A DNA stretch of 64,000 nt from Octopus vulgaris (Eukaryota): contig OX597832.1 of the NCBI GenBank assembly GCA_951406725.2, forward strand, positions 9,858,001-9,922,000, read 5' to 3'. Positions 1-14,971 of this stretch are shown here, one piece after another. Each line of letters opens with the position of its first letter. The first letter of the stretch is position 1. The notes beneath the pieces were generated by a model. That model searched no databases. It was not told the origin of the DNA and saw nothing but the letters and a program-made list of their open reading frames with translations. The position numbers and the translations under genes were made by a program.

Positions 1-834
1 TTGCAGTGAATCTATGCTGTTTAAGGTCACACACAAACACACACATGTATATATATATATATATAAATATATAGGCTTTTGTTTACATTTTTTTACGTAT
101 AGATGTGTATGAAGGGGTGTGAGGGAGCGTCTATGTCTCTGTGTTTGTATATACCATTGTAATATCAGCCGAATTATGTTTCTCTCTGTCAAAGCGAATT
201 TTAGTTCGATACAATATGTAGGCAAAGGAAAAAAAAAAGACAACAGAATTTCGAAATATGAAATTTAACGTTACTTTACGTAAATGAAATTAGTAACAGT
301 ATATTGACATTCATAGATGAACTTTTAAATACAACTGGAAACAGAATTTTTTTTACCCCAGCTGTATGGATATATAAAACAAATCAGGAAAATAAATTGC
401 TTCCGAATCATGCATATGGATTCTGTTAGAGTCTTCTTTGGGGAATCCCTATACACTTAAATTCTAAAACATTATTGCGTTATATAATATTTCTTTCTTT
501 AGAGAATTAAACAACGACAGTCAAGAGGAAACAAATTACAGAGAAGATAAAAACGGCAAGTCGAATTTGATCATTAATATGAATATATTCATAAATACGA
601 CTGTTCTTGGTTACAGCAGGTTCCAAAATGCATTTAACCTAAAAACAACTCATTGATGACCATTCAATTTGATATTTATGTTTCTTTATGTGTCATGCGC
701 TGGATTATGTGGTACATTTTTACCATCTTGAGGGTGTAAAGTGTGATAGTTGGGGATTCATATCGTACCTCAGTGTTACCAGGTAGATGCGAAATCGGAT
801 GCGTCTGTTTCAGCAGTTGTATTACATCTCTTAT

Positions 835-918
835 CAGTTGGCAAATCATTAAAACCTAATTAACAAAGATTAAGACCAGTTGGCAAATTATTAAAACCTA
901 ATTAACAAATATTAAGAC
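835..918. repeat. 42-bp direct tandem duplication (2 copies)
   Basis: CAGTTGGCAAAT(C/T)ATTAAAACCTAATTAACAAA(G/T)ATTAAGAC at 835-876 and 877-918. Confidence 0.9.
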
Positions 919-1275
919 CTTTCACAATTCGAAATAGCTGCAAGAGATGGAAGGCATCACAAATCAGTTGAGAATTTTTATATATCTTCTGCCGGAAATA
1001 TACAAGGTATATATTTTCCCCATTATGAACAAGTGTCCGACCTAGTGACAGCGTTATTCCGTTTATCACTTCCCGAAAGAACTAGCAGAGTATCGAGCTA
1101 TCATAAGATCAAACCATAATCTCATAACAATGGCGTATTAGTAACGGATCACTTTATAGGCAACGTCAGAATGAAATGAAGTGATGGTCACAAGAGAAGA
1201 GATGATTATATAAGTGAAATCGGTGCCATTTCCTGCTGGAACATTTGAAAACTATGATTGACTCATACTACTGGA

Positions 1276-2702
<1,427 letters not shown>

Positions 2703-3349
2703 CATTTTTTTCTTCTTTCAAATTTGCTTCCATTTCTTGCCGAGTGTCTTCCCGACTCCTAGGGCAAAGAAACTCATAGTATACATTGGTTGGCCATTAA
2801 ACCAAACTCAGTAGTTCGTTCATTTTTTTTTAAAGTTAAATTAAAATACATGAGCAGCAACAGTTCTCACATCGACAATGCTCTTCTCATAACGTGTGAT
2901 GTACCAGTTAAGACAATCTTTTGCACTTCTTGCAGGGATGGTAAGCCAGGGATCATTCTCATATAATTTTCGGTTCCCTTCTTAATCATTCCTAGTGCTC
3001 CTACGATCACTGGTATTGTAACCGCCTTGAGATGCCACATTTTCTCAATTTCAATGAGTAGGTCTTTATATTTTCTGAGCTTGCCAAACTCTTTCGCTGA
3101 GATATTATGATCACAGGGGATGCTCATGTCGATCAATAAGCAAACTTTATTGTTTTGGTCTTTGACAACAATATCTGGTTTATTGGCCTTGATGGTTCGG
3201 TCTGTATGTACTGGAAAGTCCCACAGAATGGTTACATTTTCTCCTTCAGTTACAGCCTCAGGGTGGTGATTATACCACTTGTCGGCAGTTTTGATATTGT
3301 AATGCCGACTTATTAGCCAGTGGAGATATTGGCCAACTCTGTCATGTCT
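2703..3349 (-). mobile_element. 5'-truncated R4/Dong-clade non-LTR retrotransposon: RLE endonuclease C-terminus plus 3' UTR
   Basis: Open minus frame 3349->2867: RHDRVGQYLHW...ILWDFPVHTDRTIKANKPDIVV...IDMSIP...KYKDL...IPVIVGALG...LQEVQKIVLTGTSHVMRRALSM; (TAA)n on both flanks. Confidence 0.92.
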
Positions 3350-4816
3350 TTATTATTATTATTATTATTATTATTATCATCATTATTATTATTTTTATTA
3401 TTATTATTATTTTGCAGCGGAATTATATTTTATGCTAGAGATAGCCCAGCCTAAGTGGAGCAAATTTTAGATTAAATTCTTGAATTAAATTGCACGTTTG
3501 AATTTACTATATTATCAAAATAGTCATGTAGCAGACAAATAGATGATTGTGCCAAGGTATTCGAATTGTTATTGCTACTATTTACATTATAGCTGGTGAC
3601 TAAAATATTGTTACCTTAATTCGGCGAGGAAGAACAATTTCTAATAGCACTGGTTATCATTCAGGTGTTGCTAGTATAAATGTCATTAAATATTAAAATT
3701 TTCTCTGAAATCCGCAGTCCAAAAGCTGAAACCATTATACAATTGAGAACATTATTATACGCAACACAATTTCTTCGATTTCAATGGAATGTTATTGTAA
3801 TTGGTTCTACCAATACTAAAACGAAGCAACACGTAAAATTCAGTAAAAACTTAAATAACTTAAATCATTTAGTTAAGTGTTCTACTTTACTCGATGGAAA
3901 ACAAAACTCACACAATATATTAGGGCTATTTTTTAAGAAAAGAAAAGTTATTGAAACAAATAACGAAAATATAATATAAATGGATTCCAAATAGTGTAGT
4001 TCATGAAACTAAGCTGTAATTCGAAAAAATAGAATGCAACTGATGACCAACCCTCCTTAAATAAAAGCACGATGTACTGTTTCCCCTCGACTTCATTATC
4101 CCTTTCATTCGACTGCATTTCGATCGGTTGTGAAATAAATTTCGTCTACTTCATCTTGTTGTATTTGGTCCTTGATTTAGCTGAGATCATTTCGTACCTC
4201 TTGCTGATTTTGTTGATTTTTTTTTACTTCTGTTTATTGTTGCCTGTATTGGTGGGGCGGTGGTACCATAATGATAGAGATTTCACCCTTTTTACGGAGG
4301 GGTGTATATCTCAACAAATGCCTCAAAATCGTGAAGCTTTGCGTTTCACTGTGCGCTGTCAGCTTGTTCTATGCAAGAAGGGAACAAATATATTTCACTT
4401 TCTTAAAGTTTAAAATGACAGGTTGCATAGGTATATATTTATTATTAGTTATTTTTTCTGACAAACTACTATGTTGAGTATATTCAAACAACGAGATCGA
4501 ACAACTTTGGTAAACATGTACATTAAAGTTAAAATTTAATTTCTGCAGTAACTGTTAAACTTTATTGTTCCTCGAGCTTCTCTATAGTTTGACACCTATG
4601 GTTATATGTTGCTGTATTTTATTTCTTCAATAGGTAACATTTGAGTATACATTCATTATTGAAAAAGAAATGATTTAAACATACTGTAAGGAACGCATTT
4701 GTATCTATGTCTTTTTTCTCTACCACAAGATGTCCACGAAAATCTCGAAAGCTCTAATGTAACCAACTCTTTCGTAAACCGAATTTTGCCATTTTGGTAT
4801 TTTCCAATGAAAATCA

Positions 4817-4990
4817 AGGCAGGGAACTGGCAAAATCGGTTACACGCCTGGCGAAATGCTTAACAGCAGTTCGTTCGTATATATTTTATGCGATCATATT
4901 TCTCAGAGATCGACTTTTCAACTTTTCGTCCTTTCGGTGTTGATACAATAAATGCCAGCTGATTGCTGGGGTCGATGCTATCGACTTAAT
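4817..4990 (+). mobile_element. Degenerate tRNA-derived SINE (family A)
   Basis: Diverged match to 50179-50413: GGC..CTGGCA head, TCCTTTCGG..GAT core, GGGGTCGATG. Confidence 0.65.
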
Positions 4991-5980
4991 CAGGTTTTAA
5001 TGAACTTGTGACAGGATGTGAGACCAATATGCTACAATGAAATACCAGATCATGATATTCTGTTGAAAAATTGCTGATAGCAATATACCTGTATTCATAG
5101 GTTGCTTATGACCTTTAGCATGTTAGTTTGTGAGATTGTGTATGTGACTGAACATTTGCGCGAAACTGTGTGTGTGAGAGAGAGAGAGAGAGAAAATGAG
5201 AGAGAGAGGGTGCGTAATAACTCATCCAAAAATGTGCAATTGGAGATGAACCACGTAGATGTGGAATGTAGATATACGGTATCGAGGAGTACACAATAGC
5301 CTATGTTGAAGCATTTGGATCATTGATAAGAAGTGGGCTTGAATCGGCATATTTCAGATATTCTGAACATTTAAACGTTTTTAATGTAAGGGCAAATCCC
5401 AATAAGTTTAGGGGAGAAGGTATCTGCAATCTATCCAAAATTTACTAGGTTACAATGTCTAATTTTGACGAAAAGGAGAAATATTATCATGCTTTCCATA
5501 TTTATATATCTATGTTTGCGTGCATAAACAATTGGCGTAGACGAATTTATCAGATTTATGAACAGGTTCAGAAATGACGCACAGGAAAAATGCAGGGTTG
5601 TAGGTAGAATAGAGAAAAATTATGTGTAAAAAATATATGAGCAATAAAACTATAAATCTTTATAAATATGTAAAAGAATATATATAATATATATATAAAT
5701 TCTACCTTCCACTCAGCATTTTTTCCTGTGCTTATATAGACGTGTCAATGAATTTTTGAGCGCGTGTTTGGGGGTGTGCGTGTGGGCGGGAATGTCAGTA
5801 TATAGACGTGTGCGTATGTGTGTATGCGAGTATGTGCGTATATAGACGTGTTTGAATCTTATGGCTTGTTTTTTTTTACACCTTTTTACACATTTTCCTG
5901 TATTTTGCCTTTAGCCCTGTTTTTTTTTTTGTACATGTGCATATATAGACGTGTGTATGAAACTTTTTTGTGCGCGTGTC

Positions 5981-6540
5981 TATGCGAACGTGTATGCGGT
6001 TACGTATATATTTTTTGGTTTGTGCGAGCGTGTATGCGGTTATGTATATAATTTTTGGTTTGTGCGAGCGAGTATGCGGTTATGTATTTATTTTTTGGTT
6101 TGTGCGAGCGTGTATTTGGTTATGTATTTATTGTTTGGTTTGTGCGAGCGTGTATGCGGTTATGTATATATTGTTTGGTTTGTGCGAGCGTGTATGCGGT
6201 TATGTATATATTTTTTGGTTTGTGCGAGCGTGTATGCGGTTATGTATATATTTTTTGGTTTGTGCGAGCGTGTATGCGGTTATGTATATATTGTTTGGTT
6301 TGTGCGAGCGTGTATGCGGTTATGTATATATTGTTTGGTCTGTGCGAGCGTGTATGAGGTTATGTATATATTTTTTGGTTTGTGCGAGCGTGTATGCGGT
6401 TATGTATATATTGTTTGGTTTGTGCGAGCGTGTATGCGGTTATGTATATATTCTTTGGTTTGTGCGAACGTGTATGCGGTTATGTAAATATTTTTTGGTT
6501 TGTGCGAGCGAGTATGCGGTTATGTATTTATTTTTTGGCA
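5981..6540. repeat. 40-bp minisatellite, about 14 copies
   Basis: Unit TGTGCGAGCGTGTATGCGGTTATGTATATATTTTTTGGTT with few variants. Confidence 0.97.
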
Positions 6541-6950
6541 AACGTGTGTGTTTCAAGTGAAGGTTGATGTGTATATTCATATTAGCGCTTGTACGTGAGT
6601 TTCAGGGCGCGCTGTAGTATAATGGACATGCGCGCTAACGCGATTACTATGAACAGTGTTACCCCCTTACCTTAACTCCCTCCTTAGCTGTCATTTTAAT
6701 AGCGCTTTTGTCTTAATAAGGGTCATTCACAGAGTAATTTCCCTTTGTTTTAACGGTCATTTTCAAAGCATATTTTTTCGATTGCCAATTAACTGAAGAT
6801 ATGCCGGCGTGAGTTTCCGCCCCGACATTCGAAACTCGGAGTTTTATCATGGCTACCGAATAATTGTTAACATTTTATATTTACAGATAAATTCCACTAT
6901 TTACAAAATATTGAGGGCTCTTTCATTTCTTGTTGTCTTCCAACGTCAAT

Positions 6951-7018
<68 letters not shown>

Positions 7019-7024
7019 GTGTGT

Positions 7025-7417
7025 GTATCTTTTATCTTGTACTTCCTTCAGTCACTAGTGTGTGGAAATGATGGGACACCACCTTGAATTCTTTTTTTAG
7101 TGGAATGAATCGACTCCAGTAGTTATTTCTTTTAAGGCTGGTACTTCTATCCGAAACTTTTGCCGAAACGCTATATTACGGAGGCAAACACACTGTCACC
7201 GGTGGTCAAACGGCGGTGGAAACCAATTACAGACACGGAGACACACACACGCACCTCCACCCCATATATATATAAGACCAGCTTATTTAAGTTTCCGCAT
7301 ACCAAATGAAGTCACAAGGATTTGGTCAGCCTAAGTCTAAAATAGAAGACACTTGCTGATAATGCTACGACTTCAGACTGAAACCGGAACCATGCGGTGG
7401 GGCAACTAGCGTCTTAC
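7025..7417 (-). mobile_element. Degenerate SINE (family B, with internal TA/TG tract)
   Basis: Reverse-complement similarity to 61765-62075 and 8935-9115 (GGTTTCAGTC head, AAGTGTCTTCTA, GCGTTTCGGCAAAAG). Confidence 0.7.
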
Positions 7418-8865
7418 GAAAATATAACGAAAATATATGTTATGTATGTAATATAACGTACCCTGTTGAATCTGAGAACCGCTGACTTCCATACGCCACA
7501 TAAAATGGTTATTCCGGTGGAAGACTGAAATATTTGCCACTTGTTGAAATCGACGATTGAATTAATGAATAATTTGAATTGTGTGATTTTGTTCTAAGAA
7601 ACTTGTTCCAGGTTGTTGTTTGTAAATATATATTCGATATGTGCATTATATACATACATATTTTCATACATACTTACATACAGACATACCTAAGCACGCA
7701 CACACATATTTAAATATATATATATATATATATATATATACTCACGAATAATGATTCTGATACTATATGTATTTGGCGCTATATAAGCTTTTACTTTGTG
7801 CTTCTATTTTTGCAATTCTAATATATATTGCTCGGAAACATAACTCTTTTTGTTTTGTAATAACGTAGACATTTATTTTATTCTTAACGCTATGTCAAAT
7901 ACAAAACCCGATTTATATATTTCTATTGTAAAATAGAATTTGCATGACCATCCTATTTCTTTCTTCATCACTTGTATTTATAATGAGGTAACATTATGGG
8001 ATTTGACTGATGTTCAGGTGTTGACAGATGCAGCTATTTAATTTGATGCTTATTGGCCTGAGAATAACTAACCGGATACTATACAAGAAATAGTCAGAAG
8101 TATATTCAATATGTATGCATATTCTATTCAGACATTTACACACTTGGTCACATATGCAATTATACTTATATAACCGCCACATATACCCTCAAAATTGCAT
8201 ATACATGCATACGTACATACATGCATACATCCATACATACATAAACATACTTACACAAACACACACAATCATTTCAAGCCAAACAAACACAAACCTACGT
8301 ACTCATACCCATGCAACATATGTATGCATAGAAATACACAGACTCACGTGAATAAACATGAGCATTATCCCACCTTCTTGCATTTATACTATAAATATTT
8401 TACATAGATGTCTACGAATTGTGTACATAATCTGACGTCCACAACATATTTTGTAAACCACAAAATTATTTGACACTGTCGTTTCGCACATAACTGACAT
8501 CATACGTCTATAGTTATTTATTTGCGTGGTTGTGTGTATAAACGTTCTTATGTATAATATTAGTCGATTTATGCAGGATTTCTGAAGGAACCACGTGAAA
8601 AGAAAGAATATATTTTTGTTTCAAATAAATACCTAAGGTACATTTCGCCCACAATATTGATTAAAAACGTTGAAAAATTAGCAATTGACAAAAAACTATG
8701 TACGAATTTAATCAACAAATATTTATCATGTAGAAAGAGACGAATTCAACTCAAGCCATATACAAGTGATGCAAACACATTTTTTTTCTGGGTGAAGCAT
8801 TCAAATTTGGACAAACGACGGCGGTTTAACATACGAGCAACAATATATATATATACATACATAGA

Positions 8866-8910
<45 letters not shown>

Positions 8911-8934
8911 ATATATATGTGTTTATACATATAT

Positions 8935-9115
8935 ATGTGTATCTGTGTAGCTTGAGAATCGATGATCGTGTATTTACTTAGCGGTTCTGCAAAAAGAGTC
9001 CGATAGAATAAGTAATAGATTTTCAAAGAATATGTCGTTGTGTCGATTTGCTCGACTAAAAGGCGGTGCTCCAGCATGGCCACAGTCACATGGCTGAAGC
9101 AAGTAAAAGATTAAA
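8935..9115 (+). mobile_element. SINE family B, 3' portion
   Basis: ACTTAGCGGTTCTGCAAAAAGAG..CGATAGAATAAGTA..GTCGATTTGCTCGACTAAAAGGCGGTGCTCCAGCATGGCC..AAGTAAAAGA. Confidence 0.75.
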
Positions 9116-9587
9116 ATAGCAAAGAATATAGTTTCTGTCTCTATAAATATTCACATATTTTTTTGTGAAATAATGCAATCTATATATCGCAGCTCTGAAA
9201 AGCCAGAAGTCTTCTCATATTGGACTGAGTCGGTTTTCTATTTCAAATGTTAAGTTTGAACTATTCACTTAAAGCGAGCAAGAGTTTTAGAATCGTTATT
9301 CCCTTTGAAATTCGTGATTGACTCCCAAGTTACATAGCATATATATTCGTCGTTGAAACGTTTTTGAACAGTTAATCCCTGCCATATGACTACCGATTTT
9401 AGTTACGAAGTAATAATCCATGCTGCATTATAAGATTCGAAAGTGAATCACTAATTGCTGTTTCCGTGTTTGTCGTGGTGGTCATGGTAGTCATCATTGT
9501 CTTCATCATCATAATCATCACCGTAATCATCGTCGTCAACATCATGATTATTATAATCATCACCACCAAAATCACCACCGCCATAAT

Positions 9588-9885
9588 TGCGCAATGGTCG
9601 ATTGCTTAGAGCAGGGGACACGCGGTCGGAGGATCATGGTTTCGATTCCCAGACCGGGCGTTGTGTATGTTTATTGAGCGGAAATACCTAAAACTCCATG
9701 AGGCTCCGGCAGTTTGGTGGTGGTGATCCCTGTTGTACTCTTTCGTCCCAACATTCTCTCATTCTTTCTTCCTGTTTCTTAAGTAACGCTGCTGCTGGAC
9801 TGGCGGGGAACACATACGCCACAAAAACCGGGAAACCGGGTCCATGAGCCTGGCTAGGCTTGAAAAGGGTGTATAAATAAATAAA
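9588..9885 (+). mobile_element. tRNA-derived SINE (family C, tail type 1)
   Basis: A-box-like ATGGTCGATTGC and B-box GTTTCGATTCC; first about 190 bp homologous to 19957-20139; ends in (TAAA)n. Confidence 0.85.
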
Positions 9886-10838
9886 ACAATCAGCATCCTT
9901 ACCATCACCTCTGTTATTTAGTATTTGTTGTAGTGTTGTAATCATCGACTACAGCTTGTAATATAATGAGTTAACGCGGATGCGAACCAATGAGAAAATC
10001 TTTTAAAATATCGTAAGTTGCATGCAAATTATTTATTTCGAGATATTAAATACTGTATTTATTCAATTTACTAGGTTTAAAAATTTCTGAAAAAATTCCC
10101 GTTCAAGATTACAAAATATTCTGCTGAGAAGAAATCGGAAGAATGCAGTATCAACTGATTAAGGGAAATTCCCCACTTGCTAATATTGAATTGGGAAATT
10201 TTTTGTCAGATTGTTGATTCGATAAGGTAGGGGTGATTAATAAATCGTCTATTTATTTGTAATTGACATTTGAAAGAAAAAATTTAAAATACTGAAATTC
10301 GATATGCTATTTTGTGCACCGATTAGCTTTCACCCTTTCTACCAAGTATCAAAAATGTATGATCTCTCAAGTCGTATGGGATATTAATGTTGCTCTATGT
10401 AAGCTCAATATTTATTCATTTCAAAGGATTATAATTTAATGCGACCTATCTCATACGTATCTCATGCGTCGTATCTCATACGGCAACATAAGTATTTGAA
10501 ACCTGGAATATCATTAAACAAATACATGACTGAACGACCGCGGGAATCTTAAAATTTTCAGTTATGACTGTCGATAGTGCGAATATGAATATTCTTTAAT
10601 ACATGAAATATTTCTTTAAAATTTTCTCAGAATCGTTGAACCAGTTATGAATTTTTTCATCAGGTATCATGTTAAGGGAAAGTAAACACAAATAAGAGTT
10701 ATTCATACGACAGTGCATTGGAAGTGCTTGATTTAAAAAAAAATATGCGAATATACTTCATAGATTTCTGATATTTGTTTCACCACTCCCTCAAACACAC
10801 ACACACAAACGCACATACAAACACATACTCCCACACAT

Positions 10839-11019
10839 CATCATCATCATCATCATTGTTCGACCGTGGTAGAGACAATGGTATTTACCATGCTACGCCA
10901 GACTTCACGGTCCATCATGGCATTACGGAGGTCCTGTTGCTGGATGCCTGTATCCCTGGAGATTACATCAAGTTAGGAGAGTGTGCGCCCTCTGGTATTG
11001 CGAGTAGATGGCTTCCAGA
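10839..11019 (-). mobile_element. RTE-like LINE 3' fragment with (TGA)n tail
   Basis: Minus translation WKPSTRNTRGRTLS*LDVISRDTG...AMMDREVWRSMV; target-site duplication CCCACACAT at 10830-10838 and 11020-11028. Confidence 0.8.
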
Positions 11020-11069
11020 CCCACACATACGCATACACTTGTGAGTATAGGAATGTGAATAAGATAGAA

Positions 11070-11350
11070 ATCATAGAAAATGGAAAATATCTTAGTCTCA
11101 GAAGACCTTACAAATATTTGGAATTATTCTATAAATAGCCTTTATAAAATGGAATATGTATTAAAATCCAAGAAGGTATGAACTGATACATAACTATACG
11201 GGCAATACAAAGTAAGACTTGACTAATTCCTCACAGGAACTTCTATGAAAATAGTCAATGAGGTCTATCAACAAACATTTCCATATTCAGAATATAAATG
11301 AAAGAGATAATTACATCCAATATCCACATTATTAATTGTCACATCATTCT
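11070..11350 (+). mobile_element. Possible highly decayed R4/Dong RT-thumb relic
   Basis: PYKYLEL (compare YKYLGI) and a downstream LHP-like motif; heavily disrupted. Confidence 0.3.
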
Positions 11351-12195
11351 TCTTATGTATACACAGACACACACATATTCATAGACACATTTGCATGCAT
11401 ATAACTCACACACACACCCTAAATATGTACGTGGCATAAACGATAAAAATAGTACAGCGAATTGCAATGGATAGTAGAAAATCAAACATTTTCTCTAGGG
11501 TTCCTATACATGGAAAAATTGCCTCATATGCCAATGGTAACATATATGTATGCATGTATAAGAACATACTTCAGTGAAGGATCAATGAAACAAGAAAAGA
11601 TAAGTAGTGTATGCAATCTAAATTTGGAGCACATGCTTATAATTCCGATATATACTTTCATATGTTCCGTTGCTCCCCTCTTCAACTTGTACACGAATGA
11701 ATATTTAGATGTGCACCTACTCACACACAATTCATGTATAAACACCCACACAATACTCTGCGTCCATTTCTCTTTCATCTCCACCCACACGCGTACGCAC
11801 ACAAACGCATGCACGCACGCACACAAACGCATGCATGCACGCACACACATATATATATAACATGATGTAATTGTAAACGAAAAATGTTAGACATTTCTCC
11901 GCAGAGTGAATAAAATTATGAATGTTAAACGAATTTCTAACGTTATCGGGTTTCCATCAGAGGAACTACACCTTACCAACAGTCTCCAGAAAAACAAGCA
12001 GCTACATTGTTTATATACTCAACAAAGGCAGTACTTACTCTATGAAGGAGTCCCTAATTTGCATACTGAAAGCGTTTAACACACTATAAATACCAGTAGC
12101 CTGGGGGTCTTAGTCCACTCAGAATCCAGGTATGATATAATAAATGGTATGATATAATAAATATAATATAATATAATAAATATATATATAATAAT

Positions 12196-12421
12196 ATAAG
12201 AGACATAAACAAGAGAACATGGCACTACAACCAGCCAGGAACAGTCTTCGCTACATTTGCAGTACCTGCCAGAGGGAGTGTTTGTCCAGGATAGGACTAC
12301 ACAGCCACAGCAAAAATTGTAACAGGAAATAAAATATAACAGCCGGACTAGACCTAGAAAAAAAAAAAATGCGCAACTCCATTGTCTCCCGAGACAGAAA
12401 GGATGCCAAAACCAAAACCAA
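12196..12421 (+). mobile_element. RTE-clade LINE 3' fragment
   Basis: Translation RYICSTCQRECLSRIGLHSHSKNC (C2H2 motif typical of RTE C-termini); 3' end CCATTGTCTCCCGAGACAGAAAGGATGCC followed by (AAAACC)n. Confidence 0.8.
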
Positions 12422-12655
12422 ATATAATAAATTATATATAATATAATATAATAAATATAATAAATGGTATGATATAATAAATGGTAACATATGGTATAAT
12501 CATTAACAGGGCGAATTCTATCTCTATCTGAAATAATGATGGACAACGTTAATTGAATTTCGAAACTTGTTGTTTTCTCATCACAGGAGTCTATATCGTT
12601 GTGATAGCCTCTATGTAAACAAGCAGCCAAACTTATTATTTAGTCAACACAAGCA

Positions 12656-12878
12656 GTATATCAACTTCTACATAGCCTTTGACGAAGTTGAACGTCGGAT
12701 GATAAGTCAAAACCTATGTGACCTTCGTATCACTGGAAATCTAGGAGAGTGGTTACGTGATTTGATAAAGGGTGGAATTGCTCCCTATGGGGAAACATCA
12801 ATTCTCAGTGGAATCCTTCTAAGAATTGCACTAGGACGTCTACTGCTCGTAGTGTCTCTTTCAGACATGACTTCATCC
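12656..12878 (+). mobile_element. Decayed CR1/L2-type RT fragment, duplicate of 26010-26232
   Basis: YINFYIAFDEV..ITGNLGEWL..SGILLRIALGRLL resembles YLDFSKAFDKV..SGVPQGTVLGPLLF; near-identical to 26010-26232. Confidence 0.75.
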
Positions 12879-13849
12879 TCTATGAAGGAGTCCTTAGTTT
12901 GCGTACCGAAATTGTTTAAGACCACAAAAACCAGTGGCCTCTCAACGGGATTCTTATTGCACACAGTATCAAGGTATGAGATTAAGAAAATGTAGCATAT
13001 CGTATTATTATAAACAGGGCAAATTTTAGCCACTTCTCCTTAGGGTGAAAAAACATCGTGGTCGTAGTCCACACAGTATCAAGATATGGTATATTAAAAA
13101 AGTAACATACGGTATAATTATAAACAGGGTAAATTTTAGCTATTTCTCAGCAGGTTGAAATAAATGATGAATAACATTAATCGATTTTCGGACCTTGTTG
13201 TGTTCTCATCTTGGTCGTCTTCATAGATGTCATAGGCTTCAGAGAAATATGTCGCCAAAATGTCTATTTACTCAAAAATGCAGCAAGTTGATCTATGTGA
13301 GGTTTCCTCATTTTCACACCGAAAGTGTTTAACACTATAAATACCAGTGGCCTGTCAACGGGAAACTTGGTCCACCCAGTAACAAGGCATGATATAATAA
13401 TAAATATATAACATTTGGTATAATTATAAATAGGGCAGATTTTAGTCATTTCTCCACAGACTGGAAAAATGATGAACAACCTTAATCAATTTTCGAATCT
13501 TATTGTGTTCTCATCATTGTGAGAGACTCCACACAAACAAGCGAATAAGTATGAGGGATATCGAGATATTACTGCATTGCAGCCGTTTCAGGCGGCTCTA
13601 TTTAATCGAGCAATGCAATGATTACATCATTTTGCAATAAATCATCATCTACGCATGCATAATATAGCTTTTCAATATACAGGATGCGCCATTGTAATTT
13701 TTTACAAATATTTCATAAGAAGTATAGAATGAAAAAAATGTATGCAACTAGCATTGTAGCTGAATGAACTAAGCGAGAAAAAATCCACAGCCATAATTTG
13801 GAGTGGAGACGAACATAACAATCATGAGATGGACATATACTACAATATT

Positions 13850-14480
13850 TTTTATCTATCTCCTAATCACCATCAAAAGATCTAAAGAATTAACACCATT
13901 TGGAACTGACAGTTAAGTTCTAGCTGCAGATAGTAAATCAATTAATGTCAGATAGCCACCAAACCCTAATTTACTATAGCTATAGATTCCTTGTGACCAC
14001 ATAAAGAAATATATCTCAGAAATAGTCCGTAAGATAATGGTAAATTCCCAGAAAGGGTGAGAGTATGGGTGATATAAACTATTTTATTATCAGTTGAAAT
14101 AGAAAAGAATGAGATCTAAATTTATCTAAGGGTATAGCTGTGAACATATAATCAATGTATAGCAAATTTTATATATTATTCTATTTTGTACAATCTTAGA
14201 TAAAATTTTAAAATTTTAAACATTTAGAAAGGGACATCAGGACCAAATAAGATAAGAGGATTATATAAACAAATTTAAAACCTAAAGAAATAGAATACTT
14301 TCATATAAAATTAAAGTTTTATAATGCTTCATTTTAGCAAAGTTTAAGGAGATCATGATAAAACCATTCAAACAATGAAACCAAATTACATTGAAAATTC
14401 ATCTAAGTTAGAGTTACCAATTTTCTATTGATTGAAAACCAGACATCAAATCCCTCAATATTAGATAATTTGTTCTAAAA
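13850..14480 (+). mobile_element. Possible decayed Penelope-like element, N-terminal RT region
   Basis: Scattered motif remnants across frameshifts: KELTPFGTD, a DHDK-like motif and ENSSKLEL (compare ELxPFENDL, TLKDHK, INPxKSEL). Confidence 0.35.
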
Positions 14481-14739
14481 CAAATAAATTTATTTAAAAT
14501 AAGCCGTTCGTTAACTAGTGAATGATAAGGCACCATAAATATCGTTGTAGCTTGAAACAATTTGCTGTATAGGTTGTTATAAGAACATCCTCTAGGCTTG
14601 TATTGTATTTCTCGTAGTGTATTGAGTTACTTTTCTGGCTTTCCCATGCGCCTGCAAAAGTTACAATAGAAACAAACAAAGAAAAAACGTACCTATTATC
14701 AATAAGCTCTTGCTGGTTCGCGCATAAATATCCCACTGA

Positions 14740-14971
14740 GATTTCTTTATTACCCACAAGGGGTTAAACACAGAGGGGACAAACAAGGACAGACATAGGT
14801 ATTAAGTCGATTACATCGACCGCAGTGCGTAACTGGTACTTAATTTATCGACCCCGAATGGATGAAAGGCAAAGTCGACCTCGGCGGAATTTGAACTCAC
14901 AACATAACGCAGACGAAATACCGCTAAGCATTTCGCCCGGTGTGCTAACGTTTCTGCCATCTCGCCGCCTT
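14740..14971 (-). mobile_element. Full-length SINE family A
   Basis: Reverse complement closely matches 50179-50413. Confidence 0.92.

Larger units (their letters stand above)
12010..13520. repeat. Degenerate tandem repeat (about 0.3-0.4 kb unit) with insertions
   Basis: TCTATG(A/T)(A/G)..AG...ACCAGT(A/G)GCCT recurs near 12040, 12880, 13290; GGTATAAT..TAAACAGGG...TTTCG..CTTGTTGT.TTCTCATC recurs near 12490, 13110, 13415. Confidence 0.75.

Noticed and set aside
5951-6567. Cys-rich repetitive ORFs, or a CRISPR-like array
   Set aside because: A 40-bp tandem unit with no unique spacers; the ORFs are open in several frames and there are no cas genes.
6560-6860. CpG-enriched patch as a possible promoter
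   Set aside because: No associated gene or diagnostic motif; more likely an unidentified repeat fragment.
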